From the NCBI GenBank assembly GCA_947455485.1, contig CANGNV010000001.1, forward strand, positions 39,781 to 103,780: a stretch of DNA of 64,000 bases, given 5' to 3'. Origin of the DNA: Burkholderiaceae bacterium. GTDB lineage: Bacteria; Pseudomonadota; Gammaproteobacteria; Burkholderiales; Burkholderiaceae. Below the pieces are notes generated by a model. That model saw only the letters and a program-made list of their open reading frames with translations, made no database searches and had not been told where the DNA came from. Positions 11,466 through 21,800 of this stretch are shown here, piece by piece. A program made the position numbers and the translations under genes. Within the stretch, counting starts at the first letter, position 1; each line of letters starts with the position of its first letter.

Positions 11466-12530
11466 TTATTTCACAACCGCAGCAAGCTCGCCTTTGGCGT
11501 ATTGAATAGCCATATTGTCCAAGGAGATAGTTTTGATTTTGGAAGCCTGACCTGCACTACCAAATGCAATAAATCGATCACGGCAAATTCCTTTAGCTGC
11601 AGCAGTAGCTACTTTAAAGAAGGCTCTTGGATCAAATTCTTCTGGTCTTTCTGCCATTAATTTACGCATTGCGCCTGTCATTGCTAGGCGAATATCAGTA
11701 TCAATATTGACTTTGCGAACACCATTTTTGATGCCTTGAACAATTTCTTCCACGGGCACACCATAAGTCTCTTTAATAGCGCCGCCATATTGACGAATAG
11801 TTGCTAACCATTCTTGTGGAACACTTGATGAGCCATGCATCACAAGATGCGTATTCGGAATCCGTTGATGAATGGCCTTGATGCGATCAATTGCCAATAT
11901 ATCGCCTGTAGGTGGACGACTAAATTTATAGGCGCCGTGACTAGTGCCAATAGCAATTGCCAAGGCGTCCACTTGTGTTTCTTTAACAAATTGAGCAGCC
12001 TCATCGGGATCTGTCAGTAATTGAGAATGATCTAAAACACCCTCTGCACCAACCCCATCCTCTTCGCCAGCGGTACCAGTCTCTAAGGATCCCAAACATC
12101 CAAGCTCTCCTTCAACTGACACGCCAACTGCATGAGCCATTTCTACAACACGACGTGTTACCCCTACGTTGTAATCATAAGTAGCTGGAGTTTTAGCATC
12201 AGCCATTAAAGAGCCATCCATCATTACACTAGAAAAACCACTACGAATGGACATTTGGCATACATCTGGGGAAGAGCCGTGATCCTGGTGCAGGCATACT
12301 GGAATATGAGGATATTGCTCAGCAGCAGCCTGAACCATTAAGCGCAAGAATGCTTCACCAGCATACTTCCTAGCGCCTGCTGAAGCCTGCAAAATCACAG
12401 GGCTGTCGAGCTCATCAGCAGCCTGCATGATTGCATGAATCTGCTCCATATTATTAACATTAAATGCAGCGATTCCATATTGATGCTCCGCTGCATGATC
12501 TAGCAATTGTCTTAAAGAAATTAACGCCAT
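11466..12530 (-). CDS. fba: Class II fructose-bisphosphate aldolase (CbbA)
   Basis: [26 protein letters not shown] and KVNIDTD motifs. Confidence 0.96.
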   Translation of the reverse strand: MALISLRQLLDHAAEHQYGIAAFNVNNMEQIHAIMQAADELDSPVILQASAGARKYAGEAFLRLMVQAAAEQYPHIPVCLHQDHGSSPDVCQMSIRSGFSSVMMDGSLMADAKTPATYDYNVGVTRRVVEMAHAVGVSVEGELGCLGSLETGTAGEEDGVGAEGVLDHSQLLTDPDEAAQFVKETQVDALAIAIGTSHGAYKFSRPPTGDILAIDRIKAIHQRIPNTHLVMHGSSSVPQEWLATIRQYGGAIKETYGVPVEEIVQGIKNGVRKVNIDTDIRLAMTGAMRKLMAERPEEFDPRAFFKVATAAAKGICRDRFIAFGSAGQASKIKTISLDNMAIQYAKGELAAVVK

Positions 12531-12548
12531 AATTACACCTCTATTAAT

Positions 12549-13733
12549 TTATTGTGTTGCTCTTTTAACCAAGATATCTACCGCCGGCAAAGTCTTCCCC
12601 TCTAGAAACTCTAGAAAAGCACCTCCACCAGTTGATATGTAATCGATTTGATTGGCAATTTGATACTTACTAATCGCTGCTAAGGTATCGCCACCACCAC
12701 CAACTGTAAAAGCCGGTGAATGAGCAATTGCAGCAGCTAGCATTTTGGTTCCCCCTCCAAACTGCTCAATCTCAAATACACCTACTGGACCATTCCAAAC
12801 AATCGTTCCTGCGTTTGAAATAATCATCGCTAACTTTGCTGCAGTTCGAGGTCCAATATCTAAAATCATGTCGTCAGATTGAACCTCCTCTGCCATCACC
12901 TTATTGGCTCGTGCATGTGAAGAGAATTCATTAGCAACAATCACATCCGTAGGAATAGGCACTTCAGCACCTCGCCTAGCCATGATCTCCATAATCTGGC
13001 GAGCTTCATCTAGTAAATCAGGCTCTGCCAATGATTTACCAATCGGCAAGCCCTTGGCTAACATAAAGGTGTTGGCAATGCCACCGCCGACAATAAGTTG
13101 ATCAACTTTTTCTGCAAGGGACTTGAGAATGGTGAGTTTAGTTGAGACTTTTGACCCAGCAACAATAGCAACTAAAGGCCGCTGTGGATTTTGAAAGGCA
13201 TGAGTTAAGGCATCGAGTTCAGCCGCCATTAAGGGGCCAGCACAAGCAATTGGTGCATATTGTGCAAGCCCATAGGTAGTTGCCTCAGCGCGATGTGCAG
13301 TACCAAATGCATCATTCACATAGACATCACATAAGGCTGCCATTTTTTTAGCTAAGCCATCATCATTCTTTTTTTCACCAATATTGATTCGACAGTTTTC
13401 CAGTAACACCACTTCACCTGGGTTCACTTTGACACCGTTCTCGACCCAATTGCTAATTAGCGAGACTTTACGGCCCAACAAATCAGCAATTCTTAATGCA
13501 ATTGGGCCTAATGTTTCTTCTGCATTCAGCTCACCCTCGACAGGCCTACCTAAATGAGATGTGACCATCACAGCAGCGCCGTGGGATAAGGCGTATTCAA
13601 TCGCAGGAATGGATGCCTTGATACGAGTGTCATCCATAATGACGCCGACATCATTCTGGGGCACATTGAGATCAGCCCGGATAAATACACGCTTACCCTT
13701 TAAATCAACATCCGACATCCTAAGAAATTTCAT
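12549..13733 (-). CDS. pgk: Phosphoglycerate kinase (CbbK)
   Basis: [22 protein letters not shown] and STGGGAFLE motifs. Confidence 0.97.
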   Translation of the reverse strand: MKFLRMSDVDLKGKRVFIRADLNVPQNDVGVIMDDTRIKASIPAIEYALSHGAAVMVTSHLGRPVEGELNAEETLGPIALRIADLLGRKVSLISNWVENGVKVNPGEVVLLENCRINIGEKKNDDGLAKKMAALCDVYVNDAFGTAHRAEATTYGLAQYAPIACAGPLMAAELDALTHAFQNPQRPLVAIVAGSKVSTKLTILKSLAEKVDQLIVGGGIANTFMLAKGLPIGKSLAEPDLLDEARQIMEIMARRGAEVPIPTDVIVANEFSSHARANKVMAEEVQSDDMILDIGPRTAAKLAMIISNAGTIVWNGPVGVFEIEQFGGGTKMLAAAIAHSPAFTVGGGGDTLAAISKYQIANQIDYISTGGGAFLEFLEGKTLPAVDILVKRATQ

Positions 13734-14398
13734 TGGATTCCTCGGAAGTAATTAGGAACATCAGATATATCAGGGACCAACCGATCTGGGTCAGCCATTG
13801 AAATCGGACGGCCATGGTTATAACCGTATGGAACTGCCCAGCAAACTACGCCTGCAGCTTTAGCTGTAGCGACATCAATCTCTGAATCACCCACAAAAAG
13901 ACTGCTACCCGGGGAAGATCGAAGAGTATGAATGCAATGTTCGATGACGCCGGGGTGGGGTTTTTTAAAGGGTAGCGTATCGCCACAGATCACCATATCG
14001 AAATATTGATTGAGTTCGTATTTTTGCAAAATACGCTCAGTAAATTTCGTTTCTTTATTGGTTATGATTGCCTGCTTTATCCCTATAGATTTAACCTTCT
14101 GAAGAGTCTCTATTACTTTGGGGAAAAACTGACTAGAAGTTCCAGCGGTATCTCCATAATGAATCATAAATCGATGCATTACCTCAGACCAAGGAACTGA
14201 TTTATTGGCAACATGAATCGCATTAGCAGCCCAAGCTTGCTCCATAAGCCAGCCTGTTCCATGCCCAATCCAGCGTCGCACATCTGCCTCATCAACATGT
14301 CTGCAAGAAAAATCTTCTAGAGTTAGATTGACTGCTTGAGTAATTTCAGTGGCCGTATCTAACAGCGTGCCATCAAGGTCATACATCACTAAAGACAT
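13730..14398 (-). CDS. gph: Phosphoglycolate phosphatase (CbbZ)
   Basis: HAD motifs [18 protein letters not shown] and PYGYN; cbb context. Confidence 0.85.
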   Translation of the reverse strand: MSLVMYDLDGTLLDTATEITQAVNLTLEDFSCRHVDEADVRRWIGHGTGWLMEQAWAANAIHVANKSVPWSEVMHRFMIHYGDTAGTSSQFFPKVIETLQKVKSIGIKQAIITNKETKFTERILQKYELNQYFDMVICGDTLPFKKPHPGVIEHCIHTLRSSPGSSLFVGDSEIDVATAKAAGVVCWAVPYGYNHGRPISMADPDRLVPDISDVPNYFRGIQ

Positions 14399-14413
14399 GT
14401 GGACTCCTATTTC

Positions 14414-16405
14414 TTATACGCTAGCGACTAATCGATCAACAGTAATGCCTAGTAACTCATATACCGCTGGTGCTGGAGCCGACTCGCCAAAACGATTAAT
14501 TCCAATGACTTCACCCTCTAGACCTACATACTTACGCCAAAAATCAGGATGACCAGCTTCTATTGCAATTCGCTTAATTCCTTTTGGCAAAACATGCTCC
14601 TTCCAGGCAGCGTCTTGCTCGTCAAATAAAGCGGTGCATGGCATAGATACCACTCGCACACGACGGCCCATTGCCTTTAAGCTTTCTTGGGCCTGCATTG
14701 CCAGGCTCACTTCGGAGCCAGTAGAAATGAAAACGGCTTCTGGCGCACCCGCACAATCAGAGAGTACATACCCCCCTTTCAAGATATCTCGGGCTTGAGC
14801 ACGAGTGCTTGAGTACTGGGGAAGGTTTTGGCGCGATAAAAATAATGCTGCAGGACCGTTCTTGCGCTCCACCGCTTCAATCCAAGCAACTGCAGTCTCA
14901 AAACCGTCACATGGACGCCATAAATGGAGGCCCGGAATTAAACGCAGACTGGAAGCATGTTCAATAGGTTGATGCGTTGGCCCATCTTCCCCCAATCCAA
15001 TCGAGTCATGGGTTAGCACATAAATGACCCGTTGCTTCATGAGTGCACTCATGCGCATACCATTTCTGGCATAGTCAGAAAAAACAGCAAAGGTACCACC
15101 ATAAGGAATTAAACCGCGGTGTAATGCGATGCCATTCATAATGGCACTCATACCAAACTCTCGGACGCCATAAGAGAGGTAATTAATATCTTCGTCTTGA
15201 TGGTTATGCCAAGCCTTACTTGTTTTTCCAGCAGTTAAATTTGACCCCGTCAAATCCGCTGACCCACCCAAAAGTTCTGGAACGCCAGCAACTAGAATAT
15301 CCAATGCCTGCTGTGATGATTTTCGACTAGCAGTTGGAGCGGTAATTGATTCAGCCAATTCCAAAAGAGCAGCTTTAGTCTGAGGCCAATCAAGTGGTAG
15401 CTCCTCTTGCATTGTCCTAGTAAATTCAGCGGCCAGCTCTGGAAATGCACTTGCATAGGCACTCAATTTCTGACTCCAAGCTGCTTGCGATTCTTGTCCA
15501 TCCTTAACTGCACTCCATGCAGAACGAATATCTTCCGGAATTTCAAAAGCAGCGTGAGGCCAAGCAAGCTTCTCCCTAGTTGCTGCAGTCTCTTTTTCAC
15601 CCAAAGGTGCACCGTGCACATCATGTGTGCCGGCCATATTAGGCGAACCCCAACCAATTGTTGTCTTACAAATAATCAGAGTCGGCTGCTTTGATTGTTG
15701 CTGCGCTTGAATGATTGCCTTATGAATTTGTTCAGAATCATGTCCATCGATTGGGCCAATCACATTCCAGCCGTATGACTTAAAGCGCATAACTGTATCG
15801 TCTTTGAACCAGCCCTCTACATGCCCGTCGATTGAAATACCATTGTCGTCATAGAAGCAGATGAGCTTATTAAGGCCCCATACACCTGCCAGGGAACATG
15901 CCTCATGGCTAATTCCCTCCATCAAGCAACCATCACCCATAAAAGCATATGTTCGGTGATCGATAATTTCATGCTGAGGTTTATTAAACCGTTTGGCTAG
16001 GATCTTTTCCGCTAATGCCATACCAATTGCGTTAGCTATACCTTGCCCTAAAGGACCAGTAGTAGTCTCTACGCCAGGTGTCATATCAACTTCTGGATGG
16101 CCTGCAGTAATGCTATGCAATTGGCGAAAATTCTTAATATCTTCAATGCTGACTGCATAGCCAGTTAAATGGAGCAAGGAATACAACAGCATTGATCCGT
16201 GACCATTAGAGAGAATGAAGCGATCACGGTTAGGCCAACGAGGATCTGCGGGATTGTGTTTTAAATGCTTTCGCCACAACACTTCAGCAATATCAGCCAT
16301 ACCCATCGGTGCACCAGGATGGCCTGATTTAGACTTTTCTACCGCATCAATCGATAAAAAGCGGATTGCATTAGCTAAGGTTCTATCTTGAATGGTGGAG
16401 GCCAT
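14414..16405 (-). CDS. tkt: Transketolase (CbbT)
   Basis: [13 protein letters not shown] and [16 protein letters not shown] motifs. Confidence 0.97.
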   Translation of the reverse strand: MASTIQDRTLANAIRFLSIDAVEKSKSGHPGAPMGMADIAEVLWRKHLKHNPADPRWPNRDRFILSNGHGSMLLYSLLHLTGYAVSIEDIKNFRQLHSITAGHPEVDMTPGVETTTGPLGQGIANAIGMALAEKILAKRFNKPQHEIIDHRTYAFMGDGCLMEGISHEACSLAGVWGLNKLICFYDDNGISIDGHVEGWFKDDTVMRFKSYGWNVIGPIDGHDSEQIHKAIIQAQQQSKQPTLIICKTTIGWGSPNMAGTHDVHGAPLGEKETAATREKLAWPHAAFEIPEDIRSAWSAVKDGQESQAAWSQKLSAYASAFPELAAEFTRTMQEELPLDWPQTKAALLELAESITAPTASRKSSQQALDILVAGVPELLGGSADLTGSNLTAGKTSKAWHNHQDEDINYLSYGVREFGMSAIMNGIALHRGLIPYGGTFAVFSDYARNGMRMSALMKQRVIYVLTHDSIGLGEDGPTHQPIEHASSLRLIPGLHLWRPCDGFETAVAWIEAVERKNGPAALFLSRQNLPQYSSTRAQARDILKGGYVLSDCAGAPEAVFISTGSEVSLAMQAQESLKAMGRRVRVVSMPCTALFDEQDAAWKEHVLPKGIKRIAIEAGHPDFWRKYVGLEGEVIGINRFGESAPAPAVYELLGITVDRLVASV

Positions 16406-16427
16406 ATTTGCTTTCTATATTGTGAAG

Positions 16428-17300
16428 TTATGCTCTACGCTTTAAATCCATCAAACGCAAAATCATTGGCGTAAATATCAATTGCATTGCTAAACCCATC
16501 TTTCCACCAGGAATAACTAAAGTATTAGGCCTCGTCATCATTGAGCCGCCAAGCATAGAAATTAAATATGGGAAATCAATACCCTTGGGATTGGCAAAAC
16601 GAATGACCACCATGCTTTCATCGGCACTCGGAATATCTTTAGCAATAAAAGGGTTGGATGTATCAACAGTAGGAACGCGTTGAAAATTGACATGCGTTTT
16701 AGAAAATTGCGGGCAGATATGCTTCATGTAATCTGGCATACGGCGCAAGATAGTATCTACAACTGCATCTTGTGAATATCCTCGCATATTCTGATCGCGA
16801 TGGAGTTTTTGAATCCATTCCAAATTAATAATTGGCACAACACCCACCAATAGGTCTACGTGTTTTGCAACATTGACGCCTTCTCCTACATAGGCGCCAT
16901 GCAAGCCCTCATAAAAAAGTAGATCTGAGCCAGCATCCATCTCTTTCCAAGGTGTAAAAGTGCCTGGCTCTTGCTTAAATTCGGCTCCTTCGGCAGCATC
17001 GTGAATATATTTGCGATATTTACCTAGTCCAGTTTCGCCAAAAGTCTTAAAGATTTCTTCAAGCTCTGACAATAGATTGGCCTCTGGGCCAAAATGGCTA
17101 AAGTGATTATTGCCGCTAGCAAGTTCATTCTTCATTTGCTCGCGCATTGACATGCGATCGTAGCGGTGCATTGAATCACCCTCTAAGACCTGCGCTTTAA
17201 TGCCATCACGCCTGAAAATGTGTTGAAAGCTTTTCATCACAGTCGTAGTTCCAGCACCCGATGACCCTGTTACAGCAACAATTGGAAATTTAATGGACAT
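16428..17300 (-). CDS. prk: Phosphoribulokinase (CbbP), proteobacterial type
   Basis: VTGSSGAGTT, YEGLHG and QRVPTVDTSNPF motifs. Confidence 0.96.
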   Translation of the reverse strand: MSIKFPIVAVTGSSGAGTTTVMKSFQHIFRRDGIKAQVLEGDSMHRYDRMSMREQMKNELASGNNHFSHFGPEANLLSELEEIFKTFGETGLGKYRKYIHDAAEGAEFKQEPGTFTPWKEMDAGSDLLFYEGLHGAYVGEGVNVAKHVDLLVGVVPIINLEWIQKLHRDQNMRGYSQDAVVDTILRRMPDYMKHICPQFSKTHVNFQRVPTVDTSNPFIAKDIPSADESMVVIRFANPKGIDFPYLISMLGGSMMTRPNTLVIPGGKMGLAMQLIFTPMILRLMDLKRRA

Positions 17301-17321
17301 GTAAAACCCCTGGCGAAAAAA

Positions 17322-18383
17322 TTAACGGTATAAAGATCGATCACTAAATAGTGGTGATGAGTATTTGTCATCAGAGCCGCTATCGTATTCACGGTGATAC
17401 TTTTCAATACGCTCAACTTCATTGCGAGATCCCACAACAACAGGGATACGCTGGTGAATGTTTTCGGGTTGCACATCCATAATTCGCACCCTTCCTGTAG
17501 AGCCCAGTCCGCCAGCCTGCTCAATCACAAAACTCATGGGGTTGGCTTCATACATCAAGCGCAAGCGGCCAGGACGAGATAAATCTTTAGTATCTTTGGG
17601 GTACATAAAAACGCCGCCTCGCATTAATATGCGATGCACGTCGGCGACCATGCTAGCAATCCAGCGCATATTAAAGTCGCGACCGCGAATATCCGTTTTC
17701 CCAGCCTTACATTCAGCTACGTAGCGATGAATAGGCGGCTCCCAGAAACGCTCGTTGCTGGTATTAATTGCAAACTCGCTAGTCTCTTCTGGAATCTGAA
17801 TATTTGCGTGCGTCAATACAAAATTGCCGACTTCACGATCCAATGTAAATCCATGAGTACCTTTACCAACGGTAATCACCAGCATGGTTGATGGGCCATA
17901 AATTGCATAACCTGCAGCCAATTGCTTTGTGCCTGGCTGAAGGTAATCAGCCATCTCGGGTACTCTTCCCTTTGGCGCCTCAAGAATTGAAAAAATGGAT
18001 CCCACTGATACATTCACATCAATATTGGATGAACCATCCAATGGATCGAAGACAGCTAAAAATGGACCGCGTTTTTCTGGATCGCTGACCGTAATTGGCT
18101 CATCATTCTCTTCAGATGCCAATCCAGCAATCAAACCTCCATATTGGAATGTATTGATAAAAGCCTGATCAGACAAAACGTCCAATTTTTTCTGGGTCTC
18201 ACCTTGAATATTTTCAGTTTCCAGGCTGCCCAAAATATCAGCCAACCCACCTTTGGCCGTCATTGAGGAAATCGCTTTGACAGCTGCCGCGACGTCTACC
18301 AATAAAGCTGCTAAATCGCTTTTTCCTTCAGCCTGCAGCTGCTGGATTAAGAATTTTGATAATGTAGTCCGGCCTAAATGCAT
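17322..18383 (-). CDS. fbp: Class 1 fructose-1,6-bisphosphatase (CbbF; probably also SBPase)
   Basis: QKKLDV, ASEE, FDPLDGSSN and GRLRLMYE motifs. Confidence 0.96.
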   Translation of the reverse strand: MHLGRTTLSKFLIQQLQAEGKSDLAALLVDVAAAVKAISSMTAKGGLADILGSLETENIQGETQKKLDVLSDQAFINTFQYGGLIAGLASEENDEPITVSDPEKRGPFLAVFDPLDGSSNIDVNVSVGSIFSILEAPKGRVPEMADYLQPGTKQLAAGYAIYGPSTMLVITVGKGTHGFTLDREVGNFVLTHANIQIPEETSEFAINTSNERFWEPPIHRYVAECKAGKTDIRGRDFNMRWIASMVADVHRILMRGGVFMYPKDTKDLSRPGRLRLMYEANPMSFVIEQAGGLGSTGRVRIMDVQPENIHQRIPVVVGSRNEVERIEKYHREYDSGSDDKYSSPLFSDRSLYR

Positions 18384-18468
18384 GCCAATTCCCCTTGCTA
18401 TAACGTGGTCATGAATTCAATGTAGTGATAGAGAACCATAAAATCCAATCACTAATATTTACTTATTC

Positions 18469-18484
18469 ATCAGGTTTGGCTGAT
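18469..18484. promoter_or_regulatory. Putative CbbR recognition site in the fbp/cbbR divergent region
   Basis: Palindrome ATCAG-N6-CTGAT, same geometry as the site upstream of cbbM. Confidence 0.55.
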
Positions 18485-18493
18485 AATTAGCAA

Positions 18494-19405
18494 ATGCGGC
18501 CATACACCCTAAAACAAATCAATACATTCATTGAGGTTGCCAAGGAAAAGTCTATTTCCAAGGCGGCTGATAACCTTTATGTCACCCAGCCAGCTATTTC
18601 CATGCAAATTAAGCAGTTGGAAGATGTTTTTGGCCTCCCATTACTTGAGCCAGTAGGCAGAAACATTCAGCTAACCAGTGCTGGCAAGGCCTTTTTAGAG
18701 CAAGTCTTAACGGTTGCATCTGAACTAAAAGATCTCGAAGCACTCATGGCCGGGCATCGAAACCTAGGGGGTGGCGTCATTTACCTAGGAATTGTGAGCA
18801 CTACAAAATACTTCGTACCTATGCTTTTGGTCGAATTCCGTAAACTTTTCCCCGGCATCGAAGTCATCTTAAAGATCGATAACCGGGAAAATATCCTCAG
18901 CATGCTGGCCAGAAATGAAGTCGATCTAGTCATTATGGGTAGGGTCCCCCAAGAAATGGAGTGCGAGGCAGTTCCATTTGTCACCAATCCAATGGCTATT
19001 GTCTCTAGCCCCAGCCACCCTTTTTCACGGCGCAAGCAATTGGCTTTTAAAGATCTTGAGGGGCAAGAGTTCGTGGTTAGAGAACTAGGCTCAGGCACTC
19101 GCCAGGCCATGGAAAGACTGTTTCGGGAAAATCAGACTGAATTGACAATTGCCATGGAAATGCCCAGTAATGAAACCATTAAACAAGCGGTCATGGCTGG
19201 TATGGGGATGAGTTTTCTATCCCTGAGAACAGTAAGACATGAAATGGGTACTGGGCATATAGCCCTTTTAGATATCGTTGGCCTTCCTCATGTGGGTCAT
19301 TGGTACATCACGCACAGGGTACAAAAAAAGCTTTCTCCTGCTGCCAAAGCTTTTAAAGAATTTGTTATTGAGCAAGGGGGCCCAAGAATTAATGTCTGGG
19401 CTTAA
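18494..19405 (+). CDS. cbbR: LysR-type regulator of CO2 fixation genes
   Basis: LysR HTH (TQPAISMQIKQLE), RE.GSGTR and NETIKQAVMAGMG; sits between the two cbb operons. Confidence 0.93.
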   Translation: MRPYTLKQINTFIEVAKEKSISKAADNLYVTQPAISMQIKQLEDVFGLPLLEPVGRNIQLTSAGKAFLEQVLTVASELKDLEALMAGHRNLGGGVIYLGIVSTTKYFVPMLLVEFRKLFPGIEVILKIDNRENILSMLARNEVDLVIMGRVPQEMECEAVPFVTNPMAIVSSPSHPFSRRKQLAFKDLEGQEFVVRELGSGTRQAMERLFRENQTELTIAMEMPSNETIKQAVMAGMGMSFLSLRTVRHEMGTGHIALLDIVGLPHVGHWYITHRVQKKLSPAAKAFKEFVIEQGGPRINVWA

Positions 19406-19406
19406 T

Positions 19407-19453
19407 ATAAGTTTTTTCTTATGCTTTATTAAAAATAAATGAATATTTCTTAT
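19407..19453 (+). promoter_or_regulatory. Putative CbbR binding region upstream of cbbM
   Basis: Perfect ATAAG-N6-CTTAT at 19407-19422 and a T-N11-A-type ATGAA-N5-CTTAT at 19439-19453. Confidence 0.6.
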
Positions 19454-19524
19454 GTTATTTCCTTCGTATAGTTTGATCAAGGGGCTTACCTGCCCATATC
19501 AAACCAAATGAATGGAGATAAGAA

Positions 19525-20904
19525 ATGGATCAATCGAATCGCTATGCTGACCTAAGCCTCAAAGAAGAGGACTTAATCAAAAACGGGAAACATATCCTCG
19601 TTGCCTACAAAATGAAGCCGAAATCTGGCCATGGCTACCTAGAAGCTGCAGCGCACTTCGCGGCAGAATCCTCCACCGGAACCAACGTTGAAGTCAGCAC
19701 AACTGACGACTTCACTAGAGGCGTAGATGCTTTGGTGTATCACATCGATGAAGCCACTGAAGATATGCGCATTGCATACCCAATTGATCTCTTCGATCGC
19801 AATATTACAGATGGCCGCATGATGCTAGTGTCATTTCTGACTCTAGCCATTGGTAACAACCAAGGCATGGGTGATATTGAGCACGCAAAGATCCATGACT
19901 TTTATGTACCTGAGCGCGTAATTCAATTATTTGACGGTCCCGCAAAAGATATCTCTGACTTATGGCGCATCTTAGGTCGACCAATTAAAGATGGCGGCTA
20001 TATTGCCGGCACAATTATTAAACCTAAGCTTGGCTTGCGCCCTGAACCATTTGCTCAGGCTGCCTATCAATTTTGGCTTGGTGGCGATTTCATTAAGAAT
20101 GATGAGCCACAAGGTAATCAAGTTTTCTGCCCTTTGAAAAAGGTAATGCCGCTAGTTGCAGATGCAATGAAGCGCGCTCAAGATGAGACTGGCGAAGCCA
20201 AATTATTTTCTGCAAACATCACCGCCGATGATCATTACGAAATGTGCGCTCGCGCAGATTACATTCTTGAGACTTTTGGGCCAGATGCCGATAAGGTTGC
20301 TTTCTTAGTAGATGGCTATGTTGGCGGACCAGGCATGATTACTACAGCACGACGTCAATACCCAAACCAATATCTTCACTACCATCGTGCAGGTCACGGA
20401 GCCGTTACTTCGCCTTCTGCAAAAAGGGGTTATACCGCTTTTGTATTGGCGAAGATGTCACGCCTACAAGGTGCATCAGGTATCCACGTAGGTACGATGG
20501 GCTTTGGCAAGATGGAAGGTGAGAATGATGACAAGATCATTGCTTACATGATTGAACGTGATGAGGCTCAAGGGCCTGTTTACTTCCAAAAATGGTATGG
20601 CATGAAGCCGACCACCCCTATTATTTCTGGCGGCATGAATGCATTACGCCTCCCCGCTTTCTTCAAGAACTTAGGTCACGGTAACGTCATTAATACAGCC
20701 GGTGGTGGCGCTTATGGACATATTGATTCGCCAGCTGCAGGTGCTATTTCATTGCGTCAATCTTACGAGTGCTGGAAGTCTGGCGCAGATCCGATTCAAT
20801 TTGCAAAAGAACATAAAGAGTTTGCGAGAGCTTTTGAATCATTCCCTGGTGATGCCGATAAGATTTATCCAGGATGGCGTGAGAAATTGGGTACACATAA
20901 GTAA
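19525..20904 (+). CDS. cbbM: Form II ribulose-1,5-bisphosphate carboxylase/oxygenase
   Basis: MDQSNRY N-terminus; [31 protein letters not shown] and SGGMN motifs; 459 aa; no small-subunit gene. Confidence 0.98.
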   Translation: MDQSNRYADLSLKEEDLIKNGKHILVAYKMKPKSGHGYLEAAAHFAAESSTGTNVEVSTTDDFTRGVDALVYHIDEATEDMRIAYPIDLFDRNITDGRMMLVSFLTLAIGNNQGMGDIEHAKIHDFYVPERVIQLFDGPAKDISDLWRILGRPIKDGGYIAGTIIKPKLGLRPEPFAQAAYQFWLGGDFIKNDEPQGNQVFCPLKKVMPLVADAMKRAQDETGEAKLFSANITADDHYEMCARADYILETFGPDADKVAFLVDGYVGGPGMITTARRQYPNQYLHYHRAGHGAVTSPSAKRGYTAFVLAKMSRLQGASGIHVGTMGFGKMEGENDDKIIAYMIERDEAQGPVYFQKWYGMKPTTPIISGGMNALRLPAFFKNLGHGNVINTAGGGAYGHIDSPAAGAISLRQSYECWKSGADPIQFAKEHKEFARAFESFPGDADKIYPGWREKLGTHK

Positions 20905-20948
20905 TCTGTATTGATTAGTTCACGCTATCAGTTCTTTTCTATAACCAA

Positions 20949-20974
20949 TCACAAAGCCTCCTTAGGCTTTGTGA
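20949..20974 (+). terminator. Stem-loop between cbbM and cbbQ (mRNA stabiliser or weak terminator)
   Basis: TCACAAAGCCT-CCTT-AGGCTTTGTGA, 11-bp stem with no U tract. Confidence 0.55.
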
Positions 20975-20989
20975 GCTAGAAAGATCACC

Positions 20990-21793
20990 ATGTCAGAAGC
21001 GCAACAGTACCGCATCAAAACCCAGCCTTTTTACCAACCTCAGGCGAATGAAATTGCGCTCTATGAGGCTGCATATCAGGCACGCTTACCTGTAATGCTC
21101 AAAGGTCCTACAGGTTGCGGCAAATCTCGATTTGTGGAATACATGGCTTGGAAATTGAATAAGCCATTAATCACTGTAGCCTGCAACGAGGATATGACGG
21201 CCTCTGATTTGCTAGGGCGTTATTTACTTGAATCCAATGGCACTCGCTGGCTTGATGGACCACTCACAAGTGCAGTCAGAATGGGCGCTATTTGCTATCT
21301 CGATGAGGTGGTTGAGGCTAGACAAGACACTACGGTTGTTATTCACCCCTTAACAGATCACCGTAGACAATTACCCCTTGATAAACGCGGGGAGTTAATC
21401 GAGGCGCACCCCGATTTTCAATTAGTGATTTCCTACAATCCGGGCTATCAAAGCTTAATGAAGGATCTAAAGCAATCTACCAAACAACGCTTTGTTGGCT
21501 TTAATTTTGATTACCCCACGCAAGATGTGGAGGCAAATATCATCTCCTCCGAAACCGGCATCGATTTGGAAACCGCACAAAAACTTAGTCAAATTGCGTT
21601 GGTTGCTCGCAAATTGAAAGGTCATGGTTTAGATGAAGGGATTTCTACGCGGCTATTGGTCTACGCTGCTAGCCTCATTAAGTTGGGCATCAATCCTCGT
21701 GATGCCAGCCTCATGGCAATGGTACGTCCAGTCACGGACGATGAAGACATTAGCGCAACTCTAGAGCATGCCATTGATGCAATCTTTGCATAG
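20990..21793 (+). CDS. cbbQ: RubisCO activase AAA+ ATPase CbbQ
   Basis: GPTGCGKS, YLDEVVEAR, SYNPGYQ and ISTRLL motifs. Confidence 0.95.
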   Translation: MSEAQQYRIKTQPFYQPQANEIALYEAAYQARLPVMLKGPTGCGKSRFVEYMAWKLNKPLITVACNEDMTASDLLGRYLLESNGTRWLDGPLTSAVRMGAICYLDEVVEARQDTTVVIHPLTDHRRQLPLDKRGELIEAHPDFQLVISYNPGYQSLMKDLKQSTKQRFVGFNFDYPTQDVEANIISSETGIDLETAQKLSQIALVARKLKGHGLDEGISTRLLVYAASLIKLGINPRDASLMAMVRPVTDDEDISATLEHAIDAIFA

Positions 21794-21800
21794 TTAAATC

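Noticed and set aside
19525-20904. RubisCO-like protein (form IV) interpretation
   Set aside because: Full form II catalytic motifs plus prk and cbbQO indicate a true carboxylase.
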